This document shows positions 1 to 12,936 of a DNA stretch of 64,000 bases, piece by piece. Origin of the DNA: Mytilus californianus (lineage: Eukaryota); the NCBI RefSeq assembly GCF_021869535.1, contig NW_026262604.1, forward strand, positions 6,696,001-6,760,000, written 5' to 3'. The position numbers were made by a program, and so were the translations under genes. Numbering within the stretch: the stretch's first letter is position 1; every line of letters starts with the position of its first letter. The notes under the pieces were generated by a model. The model was not told where the DNA came from and ran no database searches. It saw only the letters and a program-made list of their open reading frames with translations.

Positions 1-1419
1 GTGGTATCGTTCTTACCGCGATGTATTATATTTCTCCGTGGTGCTAAAATTTTTAGTTAAAAAATCGAAAATCGGTAAAGTTTTAAACGACTTGTTAAAT
101 CTTTACCATGCTGTATAAAATTCCAGGTGAAATTTGACCAGTTCAAACCAGTTCAGATTGTTTACACCTCATGATCGATTTACCTTTATGAGGTTAACCT
201 TTGTTGATTGGATTTAATCGATGTAATTAACACTTGTAAAATGATTCTTTTGTGTTTTAATTAAGAGATCATAACTTTATGATCGTAGATAACTTTTTTA
301 TGGCTTCACTCACCACCTGACAAGTCGGCAAATACTTTGTACACAAACTGTGTCGACCCGATAGTTGTACACACTATGGTACACATTTTGTACATTATAA
401 AGTTGGCTCATTACGTATACTTGACCATTATACACTTCTCAATACTTATGTAATAGTATTATATGTCTCTGATTAAACCATGGCCAAATTATCTTTAATT
501 TTGACATAGTTTATATTGTATGATATTCCGGTTTCAAACTATCATAGTATCTGTCAACAAGTAATTCAAAGGGGACAGATCACATGACCCAGTTAGTTCA
601 CATAGAATACCCAAGATTATTACAATTAACTGCAATCTATTCTATTTTATAAATAAAATTCATGACTGTACCTTCAAACTGGATATCTATATCCATATGA
701 TAATTAATGAATAACAGTAGTGATTTGCAAATTTTATCCATAAGCACATGTTAAATCTATTTATATCTACTTCCTGTCATTTAGGCGGGAAAATAGGGAG
801 TCTTAGTTGTTGACATTGAATAGGGTTACTTATAGATCTATAGAACTAGGATAAATTTATAGATTTAGAAATTCTTTTTAAATGGATCATGACAAAAAAA
901 GATTTAGATTTCAGTGCAGTATTAAGTCTGTATCTATGTTTGATTATCACTAAAGACAAGAAAAGTTAATATTTACATGAAATCTAAGGCAAAATGTTTT
1001 GAAATTTATGAAAAATTTCTTTTTATTAAAATTTAAGAAAGAAACTGGTTCAAATAATAATACAATATTTATTCTTGTTAATTTTATATCTCCTTATGAC
1101 AGGAATCCTTTCACAATACAACATCTTTCATTCTAGAAATACGAAAGTTTTTTAAATTGAACATTTTTGTTCTCTTTTGAATGATATTTTATTCTTATTG
1201 ATCATTGATTTTATAAAAGATTTAATAACTTTAAATTTAGATGAATATTTTGTAATGTATCATGTTTTATTTATTTTTAAAAAATATTAAAGTATACATG
1301 TCAAACTGTTTATTGATTTACTTCTTTTTTACCAATAATTTTCAATGTCTACATAACACAGTACCACAGCATTGAAACAAAACAGGAGACATAAAAACTA
1401 CAGTTACTAGAAATATAGC

Positions 1420-2155
1420 TAAGCGACGCGACGCGACACAACTTATTGTATGAATCATTTCACCAAGCAGTCCACACGCGTTACCCTGGTGCTATCCAAA
1501 AATCCTGGGGAGAACACTGTTGTTAGCGCTTTCACATGTACAATTCTTGCCAGATTTATATAAAACTTATATCATAGCTTTATATCAGTAATATCTTGGA
1601 CAAGTTCGAAAGTCAGTGCCAATCAACTATTTTTAAAAGAGTTATGCCCCTTGGAAATATTAATTATATGGAAAGTTTCATTGTTAGTGCTCTCATGTGT
1701 ACAATTCTTGCCAGATGTTTAGGAAACTTATATCATAGGTTTAATCAGCAATGTTTTGGACAATTTTGAAAATCGGTGCGGATCAATTATTTTTAAAACA
1801 GTTATGACCCTTGGAAGTATTAAGTGTTTGGAAAATTGCATTATAAGAACTCTCATGTGTACAATTTTTGCCAGATTTTTATCAAATTTATATCTAAGGT
1901 GTAAATAAGCAATGCCTTAGACAAGTTTGAAAATCAGTGCTGATCAATTTTTTTTTCAAGTAGTTATGCCCCTTGGAAATATTAATAAAATTGGAAATTG
2001 CATTGTTTTTGTTCTCAAGCCTTTATTTCTTTAAGACATTTGTAAAAAGTTTTAAAGATAAAAAAAAGAGTTTTTTTTATAGTTATTGCCCCTGGATACA
2101 TAATATATGTGCAACCCAGGGGACATTGGAACTTTCATTCAAAGTTATTTTGTTT
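1420..2155. mobile_element. Degenerate HINE/Helentron-like element with ~160-bp internal tandem array
   Basis: (GCGAC)n microsatellite at ~1424, then units recurring at 1538/1699/1859 (gtacaattcttgccagat...ttatgccccttggaaat). Confidence 0.55.
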
Positions 2156-2229
2156 AGAAGTTTCAATAGAGACTGGTTATTGTGATACAATTCAGTAAAC
2201 ATGTTTCTAAACAGTGCTATCTATTTCAG

Positions 2230-2331
2230 AATCCATGGTTTGAAATCTGGCAAACTGCTGAAGGAGTTTAGAGGTCACACATCATTTGTAAACGATGCAG
2301 TGTTTACACAAGACAACCATCACATACTGAG
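2230..2331 (+). CDS. SMU1: SMU1 WD40-repeat spliceosomal protein, internal exon (upstream exons not found in window)
   Basis: tttcag|...|gtgagt; translates (R)[33 protein letters not shown](S), matching metazoan SMU1 as recalled ([26 protein letters not shown]). Confidence 0.95.
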
Positions 2332-2857
2332 GTGAGTCAAAAGTCAAATGTAAAGAGTGCAAAGGTCACACATCATTGTAAATTAAATAATGCTGTGTTT
2401 CCCAAAGAAAGTCATCACCAAAATGACATACTGAGGCATGACAGAAGATAAAAATATAAGATCAAGGGTCACATTATTTAATGATTCAAATGGCTGAAAA
2501 AGATTGAAGTCTTTATATGACCATTAATGGCCAATTTTAAAAGTTTGGTACCATTCCTATATATAGATTTAATTTCTATTTTGAGTGACTCTAAGCTTAA
2601 AAACTATTGAAAATAGTTCTAGTAGATGATTCTTTTTCTTATATCAAAAACAATATTAAATAATTAAATAAGTTGAATAAAAGGAGAAAACTACCATTTG
2701 AAACCATTTGTAATTGACTTCCTATTGGTAAATTTACAACTTACAGAACTTTATGATCCCAATTTAACTATTTTTTACAAATAACTGAACTTTGAGATGA
2801 CCCCCTTTAATTTTGCATCAGACATTTTGAAACATCCCGAATGTAATTATTTTTCAG

Positions 2858-3050
2858 TGCCAGTTCAGATGGAACAATAAAAGTATGGAATCTCAAAACA
2901 ACGGAATGTTCCAACACATTTAAATCTCTTGGCGGTACAGCAGGAAGTGACACCACGGTTCATAGTGTACATCCGTTGCCAAGGAATGCAGAACAGTTTG
3001 TCGTCTGCAACAGATCTAATACAGTTGTTATTATGAATATGCAAGGCCAG
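2858..3050 (+). CDS. SMU1: SMU1 internal exon
   Basis: ttttcag|...|gtatgt; [64 protein letters not shown]; phases compatible with both neighbouring exons. Confidence 0.95.
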
Positions 3051-3070
3051 GTATGTCACATGATGTCATA

Positions 3071-3711
3071 CTGTGGATTTATTTATTTTTTTTCGTGGAT
3101 AGAAGAAAAAAGGAATTTTCATAGATGTTTGATTTCGTGGTAATGATAAATATAAAAAAGAAGATGTGGTATGATTGCCAATGAGACAACTCTCTACAAG
3201 AGACCAAATGACACAGAAATTAACAACTATAGGTCACCGTACGGCCTTCAACAATGAGCAAAGCCCATACCGCACAGTCAGCTATAAAAGGCCCTGAAAT
3301 GACAATGTAAAACAATTCAAACGAGACAACTAACGGCCTAATTTATGTACAAAAAATGAACGAAAAACAATTATGTAACACATAAACAAATGACAACAAC
3401 TGAATTACAGGCTCCTTACTTGGGACAGGCACATACATACAGAATGTGGCGGGCTTAAACATGTTAGCGGGATCCCAACCCTCACCCTAACCTGGGACAG
3501 TGGTGTAACAGTACAACATAAGAACGATCTATAAAAATCAGTTGAAAGAGGCTTAACTCATCAGATGGATAAAAATACAAATAATACAAATACAAGTCTG
3601 CATACACACCTATAGAAAATTTGTATTTCGTTGAACATTTAAATTCATGGTTCGCCTTTACCCATGAAATCCACGAAAATTGGTATCCAACGAATAATAA
3701 TGAATCCACTG
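3071..3711. mobile_element. TA-flanked MITE with a nested interspersed repeat (~3152-3612)
   Basis: ta|ctgtggatt ... aatccactg|ta termini (1 mismatch). The interior carries the agatgtggtatgattgccaatgagacaactctc repeat, also seen at ~9865, 13510-13570, 47660-47930 and 61230-61490. Confidence 0.6.
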
Positions 3712-4265
3712 TATGATGTTTTTCTTTATTTCATTGTTAATTGAATTTTATACACTAGATCAGAAGTAGAGAGTATACCGTTTAACCTCTGTTTGTCTGT
3801 TCATGTGTATATCCATCACATGAATTTTCGTAGCAATTTTCTCAGGAACTGCTAATTACAGCACCATGAACTTAAAAATTGTGACGTGATAGGTTTCACA
3901 AAAGTAAAACCTTGTATTTTAATATCATTTGTATGCAGCATTTTCTGAAATTGCAAAAATTATGTCACATTTTTGTCCAATCACTACAATAATTGCTGGA
4001 AAATATTTTGAATTTACAGTAATCATAAATCAATGATTCATATATAAGATACTGGCACTGTTTATTTATCATTGCCAGAAAAGATTTATTTTAGTAAACT
4101 TTTTCTCCAATAATATAAGGCACATCTTATTCAGAGTAGTTCTGATTTTGACTGTTTTGTTTAAACCTGTATTTGTTTTACTAGTAATGCTCCCGTTGAT
4201 TTATGGTGTTTGAGCCCTTCCAATTTTTTTGGCTTCTGTGTGTTTGGCAATCATACCACATCTTC

Positions 4266-6585
4266 TTTTTAGCTCACCTGACCTGAAAGGTCAAGTGAGC
4301 TTTTCTCATCACTTTGCGTCCGTCGTCCGTCGTCCTGCGTCCGTCGTCCGTCAACCGTCGTCCGTAAACTTTTACAAAAATCTTCTCCTCTGAAACTACT
4401 GGGCCAAATTTAACCAAACTTGGCCACAATCATCATTGGGGTATCTAGTTTTAAAAATGTGTGGCGTGACCCTGTCAACCAACCAAGATGGCCGCCACGG
4501 CTAAAAATAGAACATAGGGGTAAAATGCAGTTTTTAGCTTAAAACTCAAAAACCAAAGCATTAAGAGCAAATCTGACATGGGGTAAAATTGTTCATCAGG
4601 TCAAGATCTATCTGCCCTGAAATTTTCAGATGAATCGGACAACCCGTTATTGGGTTGCTGCCCCTGAATTGGTAATTTTAAGGAAATTTTGCTGTTTTTG
4701 GTTATTATCTTGAATATTATTATAGATAGAGATAAACTGTAAACAGCAATAATGTTCAGCAAAGTAAGATTTACAAATAAGTCAATATAACCGAAATGGT
4801 CAGTTGACCCCTTTAGGAGAAATTGCCCTTTATAGTCAATTTTTAACAATTTTTCGTAAATCTTAGTAATCTTTTACAAAAATCTTCTCCTCTGAAACAA
4901 CTGGGCCAAATTAAACCAAACTTTGCCACAATCATCATTGGGGTATCTAGTTTAAAAAATGTGTGGCGTGACCCGGCCAACCAACCAAGATGGCCGCCAC
5001 AGCTAAAAATAAAACATAGGGGTAAAATGCAGTTTTTGGCTTATAACTCAAAAACCAAAGCATTTAGAGCAAATCTGACATGAAGTAAAATTGTTTATCA
5101 GGTCAAGATCTATCTGCCCTAAAATTTTCAGATGAATCGAACAACCTGTTGTTGGGTTGCTGCCCCTGAATTGGTAATTTTAAGGAAATTTTGCTGTTTT
5201 TGGTTATTATCTTGAATATTATTATAGATAGAGATAAACTGTAAACAGCAATAATGTTCAGCAAAGTAAGATTAACAAATAAGTCAACATGACTGAAATG
5301 GTCAGTTGACCCCTTTAGGAGTAATTGCCCTTTATAGTCAATTTTTAACAATTTTTCGTAAATCTTAGTAATCTTTTACAAAAATCTTCTCCTCTGAAAC
5401 TATGTGGCCAAATTAAACCAAACTTGGCAACAATCATCATTTGGTTATCTAGTTTTAAAAATGTGTGGCGTGACCTGGTCAACCAACCAAGATGGCCGCC
5501 ACGGCTAAAAATAGAACATAGGGGTAAAATTCAGTTTTTGGCTTTTAACTCAAAAACCAAAGCATTTAAAGCAAATCTGACATTGGGTAAAATTGTTCAT
5601 CAGGTCAAGATCTATCTGCCCTGAAATTTTCAGATGAATCGGACAACCCGTTATTGGGTTGCTGCCCCTGAATTGGTAATTTTAAGGAAATTTTGCTGTT
5701 TTTGGTTATTATCTTGAATATTATTATAGATAGAGATAAACTGTAAACAGCAATAATGTTCAGCAAAGTAAGATTTACAAATAAGTCAATATAACCGAAA
5801 TGGTCAGTTGACCCCTTTAGGAGTAATTGCCCTTTATAGTCAATTTTTAACCATTTTTCGTAAATCTTAGTAATCTTTTACAAAAATCTTCTCCTCTGAA
5901 ACAACTGGGCCAAATTAAACCAAACTTGGCCACAATCATCATTTGGTTATTTAGTTTTAAAAATGTGTGGCGTGACCTGGTCAACCAACCAAGATGGCCG
6001 CCACGGCTAAAAATAGAACATAGGGGTAAAATTCAGTTTTTGGCTTTTAACTCAAAAACCAAAGCATTTAAAGCAAATCTGACATGAAGTAAAATTGTTT
6101 ATCAGGTCAAGATCTATCTGCCCTGAAATTTTCAGATGAATCGGACAACCCGTTGTTGGGTTGCTGCCCCTGAATTGGTAATTTTAAGGTAATTTTGCTG
6201 TTTTTGGTTATTATCTTGAATATTATTATAGATAGAGATAAACTGTAAAAAACGATAAATGTCGGCAAAGTAAGATCAACAAATAAGTCAACATGACCGA
6301 AATTGTCAGTTGACCCCTTTAGGAGTTATTGCCCTTTATAGTCAATTTTAACCATTTTTTCGTAAATCTTAGTAATCTTTTACAAAAATCTTCTCCTCTG
6401 AAACTACTGGGCCAAGTTAATTATAGATAGAGATAATTGTAAGCAGGAAAAATGTTCAGTAAATTAAGATGTACAAACACATCACCATCACCAAAACACA
6501 ATTTTGTCATGAATCCATCTGCGTCCTTTGTTTAATATTCACATAGACCAAGGTGAGCGACACAGGCTCTTTAGAGCCTCTAGTT
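4266..6585 (+). mobile_element. Helentron-associated non-autonomous element (HINE, pearl/MgE-like) with 502-bp tandem array
   Basis: T-rich start; agctcacct...gtgagct inverted repeat; (CGTC)n microsatellite; units at 4381/4883/5385/5887/6389 (period 502); 3' ggtgagcg subterminal repeat and hairpin aggctct-tt-agagcct followed by ctagtt. Confidence 0.85.
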
Positions 6586-6681
6586 TATATGTTCTTATAT
6601 TGATTATTAATTTTTAAAATTTTATGATTTTAACCATATAAGCTAACCTTAATTAATCAAATTCAAATGTGTGGTTTTTAA

Positions 6682-6867
<186 letters not shown>

Positions 6868-7200
6868 TAGTTTGTATGTTAGAAATCAAATGGACATAAC
6901 TTTGTGAGAGAAGACTTTGGTCATGTATAAATTTATTACCTTGTTTAGAGAAGGGAGGACATTTTGTAATCACATTGTTGTCTGTTCTTCCATCTGTTCA
7001 TCCAACAAATAATTTCGTCACACATTTCTAAGATACTACTGAAAAGAATGACTTCATATTTTGTCAGCATCTAGACAGCAATGAGTTAAAACGTGTGAGG
7101 ACTTTTTGGATCTGTCAGACACCTATAGCCTATTAGCTGATTCTTTTGATTTTTGTTTTCAATATATTTAAAGATCTTTATATTTTTATCTCTAGTACTA

Positions 7201-7406
7201 CTGTAAATTCAGAAATTATTGCGAGGTTTTTATTATTGCGACAAATGCGACAGAGTTGTTAACGCAATAATTTAAACTCGCATTTTGAAATATTTTATAT
7301 GAACTAAACAGGATTTTTCTCAAAATCGTAAAAATTAAAATCGCATTTAAATCTAAAATGACAAAATCGCAATAATAAATGCATGCAATAATTTCTGAAT
7401 TTACAG
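7201..7406. mobile_element. Tc1/mariner-type MITE
   Basis: TIR ctgtaaattcagaaattattgc / gcaataatttctgaatttacag, flanked by TA on both sides. Confidence 0.8.
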
Positions 7407-7564
7407 TACTTAAACAAAACCACTTCATATATGGTCTGGTTACTGTGAGGATTTGAAAGTAAACACTTATCATGACTGTATAAAAGATTTGATAGAGGTT
7501 GATTTTGATAGCATTAGATAGTAAAAATATAGAGGAGTTAGAAAAAGGGAAAGGTGAATACAGA

Positions 7565-7826
7565 TTGATTTTTGATTTTGATTTTTGGTGTTTTAACGCC
7601 ACTTTTAAGCACCGCTTTTGGGCTATTTCGTGGCAGCCAGTTTTTATTGGTGGAGGAAGTGCCCGGAGAAAACCACCCACCTTCGATAGGAAAACTGACA
7701 ATCCTAGTCAATTAAGATTGGAGTCGAGTGCACCCTCACGAGCGGGGTTCGAACTCACAACCTCAGTGTTGAATGGCTAGTGATTACAGTAGTAACTACT
7801 TAGACCACTCAGCCACCGAGGCCCCT
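7565..7826 (-). mobile_element. Full-length tRNA-derived SINE (Meta-domain-like)
   Basis: Minus strand starts ggggcctcggtggctgagtgg (box A) and gagttcgaacc (box B); (A)nTC-type tail; 13-bp TSD aggtgaatacaga at 7552-7564 and 7827-7839. Confidence 0.85.
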
Positions 7827-8262
7827 AGGTGAATACAGAATATTATCAATTAGCCAATTGGAAAAAAAAAAGAACTATGAACCAACTAACGTTCATGACT
7901 TTCGGAAGTAAAAATTATGTGAACATAAATCTTATGAAAAACTTGGATTTTCTTTATAAAAAAAACATTCAGAAAATCCAAAAATTGCAAAAACGAATTA
8001 CAGTGAACTGATAGAAAAAAAGTAAAAGAACAAAAATACAGAACTCCAAGGAAAATTCAAAACGAAAGTCCCCAATCAAATGAAAAAGTCTAAAGGGGAA
8101 ATAAAATTTCTGGGAAAATTAGTTGGTTTTCAGTATATGGGGTTGATGTTTTTTTAAGACAACAATCCCAAATACTCAAAATACACAAAATATCGATAAT
8201 TTTTAAGGGAGTACACAATAAATTGCATGACAAATTATTCAAATTTTTGTCTTTCTTTACAG

Positions 8263-8361
8263 GTACATGAAAAAGACGTAATAGGAATAACACATCATCC
8301 ACATCAGAATTTACTGGGGACTTACTCAGAAGATGGACTATTAAAAATATGGAAACCTTGA
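8263..8361 (+). CDS. SMU1: SMU1 terminal coding exon
   Basis: ctttctttacag|; [32 protein letters not shown], the conserved SMU1 C-terminus. Confidence 0.95.
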   Translation, partial: VHEKDVIGITHHPHQNLLGTYSEDGLLKIWKP

Positions 8362-9106
8362 TCAAAACATTTATTAATTAATGTGACTTTTGTTTGAATG
8401 ACTAAGTGAAGAAAATGTGTTTGAGATGGTCCCTGTAGTGTTTAAAATGTGGATGATTTATTTTGATTTAAGATGTAGAATGGACAAGAAAATATTTTAA
8501 GATTTTCTATGATACATGTATGTTTAGAATATTGAAAATCTTACTAATATGTTTTAATTACATGTACATGTACTATGAAATATTTGTAATATTCATTAAA
8601 AACAATTTGAGAAGGTGAAGGTAAGGTGGTTAACAATTGTCATATTTGGAAAAATTCTGATTATTTTATATTTGCTGGCATGGTGTGAAAGTTGGTAAAG
8701 AATTTTTTTGTTGGAGTTTTGGAACAATTTTTGTAAGAATCAGAAAACATTGCTTTTTCACATAGTATGGTTCTGTCACAAAATTTGAACTGAAATTAAG
8801 ATCAGGGAAATCCTATAATTTTTTTTTGCACATTCATCAGAATGGAATGGATGGATTATAAGAGCTAATTAGGTATATTAAAAAAAAATAATGAGTTCAG
8901 AACTAACTGTTGTGTTTTTATAATTGCAAAAATTGTGAAAGGATACTTTTAACAAAAGCAAAAAAAAAATGGAATTTCCTTAATCTTGCATTTTTGTCCA
9001 TTGTTCAACATTTGCAATATTAAAAAAAACCCAACTGAAAATGAAAGAAAAAAAGAGAATTTTTGCCAACTTGAGGTTTATCAGTCTGAAGTAATTAAAT
9101 CATTTT

Positions 9107-9323
9107 CTGTAAATTCAGAAATTAATGTGCGGTTTTTATTTATGTGAATAAATATATAAATAAATATATGGGTGAGTATTGCAATAATAAGACCTGGCAT
9201 TCTGAAATCTAGCACATATATCTGTTACAGATTTTTCTGAAATCGCAACAATTTATCTCACATTTTTGTCCATTCCTCAAAAATCACAATAATAAATGCA
9301 CGCAATAATTTCTGAATTTACAG
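9107..9323. mobile_element. Second copy of the ctgtaaattcag MITE, in the probable SMU1 3'UTR
   Basis: Same TIRs as 7201-7406. Confidence 0.7.
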
Positions 9324-9410
9324 TACTTGATTTGAAGGATTTTATCATTTTTGTTGTCACTGTAAATATTCATTATGTATAAACAAATATAAAGAGTCGT
9401 ATAAAATGTC

Positions 9411-9416
9411 AATAAA
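9411..9416 (+). promoter_or_regulatory. Candidate SMU1 polyadenylation signal
   Basis: AATAAA about 1 kb after the stop, followed by GT/T-rich sequence. Other AATAAA hexamers occur upstream, so the choice is uncertain. Confidence 0.3.
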
Positions 9417-9864
9417 AATAGTGGATATTTGTAGTGTGCTTGATTTTTTTTTTTTCTCGCCTTGAAGAAGTTAACAAAAAATTGAAACGTAGGCGCGCTG
9501 TTTCTGGTGGCAGCAGCAACAATGTATAAGTTTGTGATTAGGTCAGTTTCAGGGGAACCATTAGTTGTAAGTCAATGAAATGTGGAATGGATTTGTATTA
9601 ACATGGAAAAATCTAGTTTCCATGCAGATTATATGGCCCGCCCCTCAGTCATGGTCAATTGACTTTGAAATTTTGCTTAGTTTACTTTTAATTTTTCTCC
9701 TGATACAAGGGATTGATATTTGGCACAACTTTTTAAAATTTTAGGTTTATAATGCTACTCAACTTCGTATTTGAAATGCCCTTCCAACCTTTTTTAACAT
9801 GAGCACCATGATGAGCCTTATGTAGACTAAACGTGCATCTGGCGTACCAATTATAATATAAATA

Positions 9865-10790
9865 AGAAGATGTGGTATGAGTGCCAATGAGACAACTCTC
9901 CATCCAAGTCACAATATATAAAAAGCTAACAATTATAGGTCAAAGTATGGCCTTAAACACGGAGCATTGGCTCACACAGAACAGCAAGCTATAAAGGGCC
10001 CCATAATGACAGGTGTAAAACAATTCAAACAGGAAAACCAACAGTCAATCTATATAAAACATGAGGAACAAGAAACATCTATGAACTACAACAAACGACA
10101 ACCACTGAACAACAGGCTCCTGACTTAGGACAGGTGCATACAAATGCAGCGGGTTTAAACGTTTTAACCACAAGGGGGTACACATTAAAACAGTGAGAAG
10201 AGATATTACACAAAATAAGTAAACATTGAATTACAGAAATGCATTACAAATTGTGTCAATAGGTCAAATTAACATGAAAGTACGATTTGAGAGTACTCGC
10301 AATTACTAAAAGCCAAAAACAATTAAGAATAAAAAATCATGCATCAGAGACTAAAATCAATTAAAACACATCCCAGGGATTTAGTGTTTTAAATCCATGG
10401 TCAGTAAAAGAAGACATGACTTGTGCAATGCCAAAATAAAAGTATCGACAGGCAGTAGGATCGTTAGCATTTAACCTTATAATAAATATTTATCATGTTA
10501 TATATAAATACAGCAATCTCTAAATAGAAAATTGACGTTGATGTGTATTTATATATATCAAAAACCATTCTAAAAGAATACAAATTTAGTTCTGTTTTAA
10601 TTTGTTGATGACTAAATCGATGTTAGTGCCAATGTAAACAATATTCAAAGATCTTATTACAACATTAATAAGATAACCTTTACTAATAAGTTTGTTTAAG
10701 GGTTCGATGAGTTTACACGGATCACATAGTGATTTACGAATTTTAAGTACAAGCCTGGAATCTTTGATGAATTTTTACAATGTCTGGTGA
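9865..10790. repeat. Composite of dispersed retroelement-derived repeats
   Basis: 9865-10170 matches the 3152-3612 family; 10180-10790 is an inverted copy of 30915-31450 and 34960-35510. Confidence 0.7.
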
Positions 10791-10992
10791 TCATAGATAA
10801 CAAAAACAAATTCATTTCTATGTTTCTGAGATTTTCTATCTGACCTCAGGCTGATCTTTATCTGACGAGAGCATGGACATCAAATTGTCAGACACCTACT
10901 TCCAGCTTGTTAACAACATTAATTTGAGAAATGAAACTGATATTTATTGTCATTTTGGAAATTGGTGTTGTTGTTAGATTATTGAAAATCTG

Positions 10993-11090
10993 TTAAATTT
11001 CATTCGCATCTTTCCTAAAATCTTGGTAGCAATATGACAAATAACCAATGAGAATAACATAAACATATTGGGGAAACTGCTGACTGCTAC
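10993..11090 (-). CDS. Candidate terminal exon (hydrophobic, TM/GPI-like) of the FN3-CUB gene
   Basis: Strong acceptor tttctatttcag|; phase-1 frame reads GSSQQFPQYVYVILIGYLSYCYQDFRKDANEI*. The link to upstream exons is not established. Confidence 0.25.
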
Positions 11091-11494
11091 CTGAAATAGA
11101 AAAACAATATCTATATCTTTACTTCATTTCAACAAGATTTTCTTCCTTAAATGAAGATTTAAATAATTCTATGAAAAATAGCAGTCGTTGTATTGATCTT
11201 TCTTTCTCCCAGGAGAAGTTGACCTTAACCGGTTTGTTTAAAACTTTTTAGGTAACAACCATTTAAATTTGAGTGGGGAGTGTATATGTTCCTGTTTTAT
11301 TTTGACCTTTGTGTTCGTAACACGCAATCATCAAATTTGTTTTTCTAAGAACTTAATATTCATTAAATGTTAAAAACTCTCATCGAATTTTGTTTTCTTC
11401 AATTTTTTAAACACACCCCCTTCAGAATTTAATGGCCGTTCCCTTATGCTCTGAAAAGTTTTGTACATTTTGCTTTCCAAACGTTTGATCTCGA

Positions 11495-11536
11495 GTGAAC
11501 CTGATGAAGGTTATGCCAGAAACACGTGTTGTGTGC
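11495..11536 (+). ncRNA. Minimal type I hammerhead ribozyme-like motif (Penelope-associated, degenerate)
   Basis: gtgaac-CTGATGA-aggttatgcca-GAAA-cacgtg-TT-gtgtgc: intact core and palindromic helix III (acacgtgt); helices I and II are weak. Confidence 0.5.
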
Positions 11537-11875
11537 AAGGAAATGATTTTATAGCACACGTATCTGTAAATGCCCAACAAACAACGTTCATCGCAGTACG
11601 TTATTTTAAGCCTCTTGTTCGTATATCTATGTTCCATATCTTTCGGGTCAAATCTGCATTTAAGTCATTCTGAAAAAAGTACTTCAAATTAGGATCCATA
11701 TACTCAGTATAATCTAAACGCCCTCATTCCTTTAGTTTAATTTACCTACGTTTTTTATTCAACTCGCTAAAGTTTTTATTTACTACATCAGCCATTTTGG
11801 TTGATTTACAGCATTTTTAAACACAATCCAATTGTAAAAAGAATTTACTACTGTCAATAATATCAATTATTAGTT

Positions 11876-12936
11876 TTTTGTCTCGCCTTTTGTGTTTCGT
11901 ATTTCATGTATTTATGAGTTCTTAATGCGAGTATGCGAGACTTAGGTATTGCTATCTGGCGGCAGCGACGTAAACTATTTGTTTGAAGCTATATATTTTA
12001 GAAGGTAGAAGACCTGGATGCTTCATATCTTGTATGCAGATACCTTATGTTACGAAGTTTCTGTCTGTAATATGTCCAATGTCTTTGACTTCATTTTCAT
12101 GTTTCAGCGACTACATGAAAAAAAATCTTGAGTTTTTTTGTCATGTGAATTTCTCACTTATTATGAGTAATAGGATAACCATATTTGGCATATGGGTTCA
12201 TTGCAATGTCTACATGTCCGTCAGACAGGGTTCACCTGACCTCGACCTCATGTCATGGATCAGTGATCAAGGATAAAGTTACGTGGTTAGGTCCGCTTCT
12301 CAAATACTATAAGCAGTTGGTCAGCTATATGTGGTGTATGGAATGACTGTAATGGGTATATGTCTGTCTGGCAGGTTTTATCTGACCTTGACCTCATTTT
12401 CATGGTGAATTGGTCAATGTTAAGTTTTTGAGGTTTGGTCTGTTTTTAAAGTACTATAAGCAATAGGTCAACTATATTTGGTGTATGGAATGGTTGTAAG
12501 GTGTATATGTCTGTCTGGCAGGTACCATCTGACCTTGACCTCTTTTTCATGGTTCATTGGTCAATGTTAAGTTTTTGTTTTTTGGTCTGTTTTTCAAGTA
12601 CTTTTAGCAAAAGGTCAACTATATTTGGTGTTTGGAATTGTTTTAAGGTGTATATGTCTGTCTGGCAGGTATCATCTGACCTTGACCTCATTTTCATGGT
12701 TCATTGGTCAATGTTCAGTTTTTTTTGGTTTTGGTCATTTTTTCAATTATCATAAGCAATAGGTCAACTATATATGGTATATAGAAAAAATGTAAGGTGT
12801 ATATGTCTGCCTGACAGCATTTATCTGACCTGAATTTCTGTGATGTTTTTAATTAAAGCTTTATCTTTAAGACTTTCAACATAAAATCAATGGTCAGTAA
12901 AGCAGGCGAGACATTTCAGCGTGTGCACTCTTGTTT
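11876..12936 (+). mobile_element. HINE-type element with ~148-bp internal tandem array
   Basis: gtctcgcc / ggcgagac subterminal inverted repeats; units at 12359/12506/12653/12802 (tatgtctgtctggcagg...atctgaccttgacctc); T-rich flanks. Confidence 0.75.

Noticed and set aside
4601-5624. ORFs 4601-4849, 5103-5351 and 5424-5624 as a tandem gene family
   Set aside because: They are offset by the 502-bp period of the HINE array and are by-products of the repeat.
7216-7780. 161-aa and 93-aa ORFs in a SMU1 intron
   Set aside because: They span a MITE and a SINE and have no coherent protein features.
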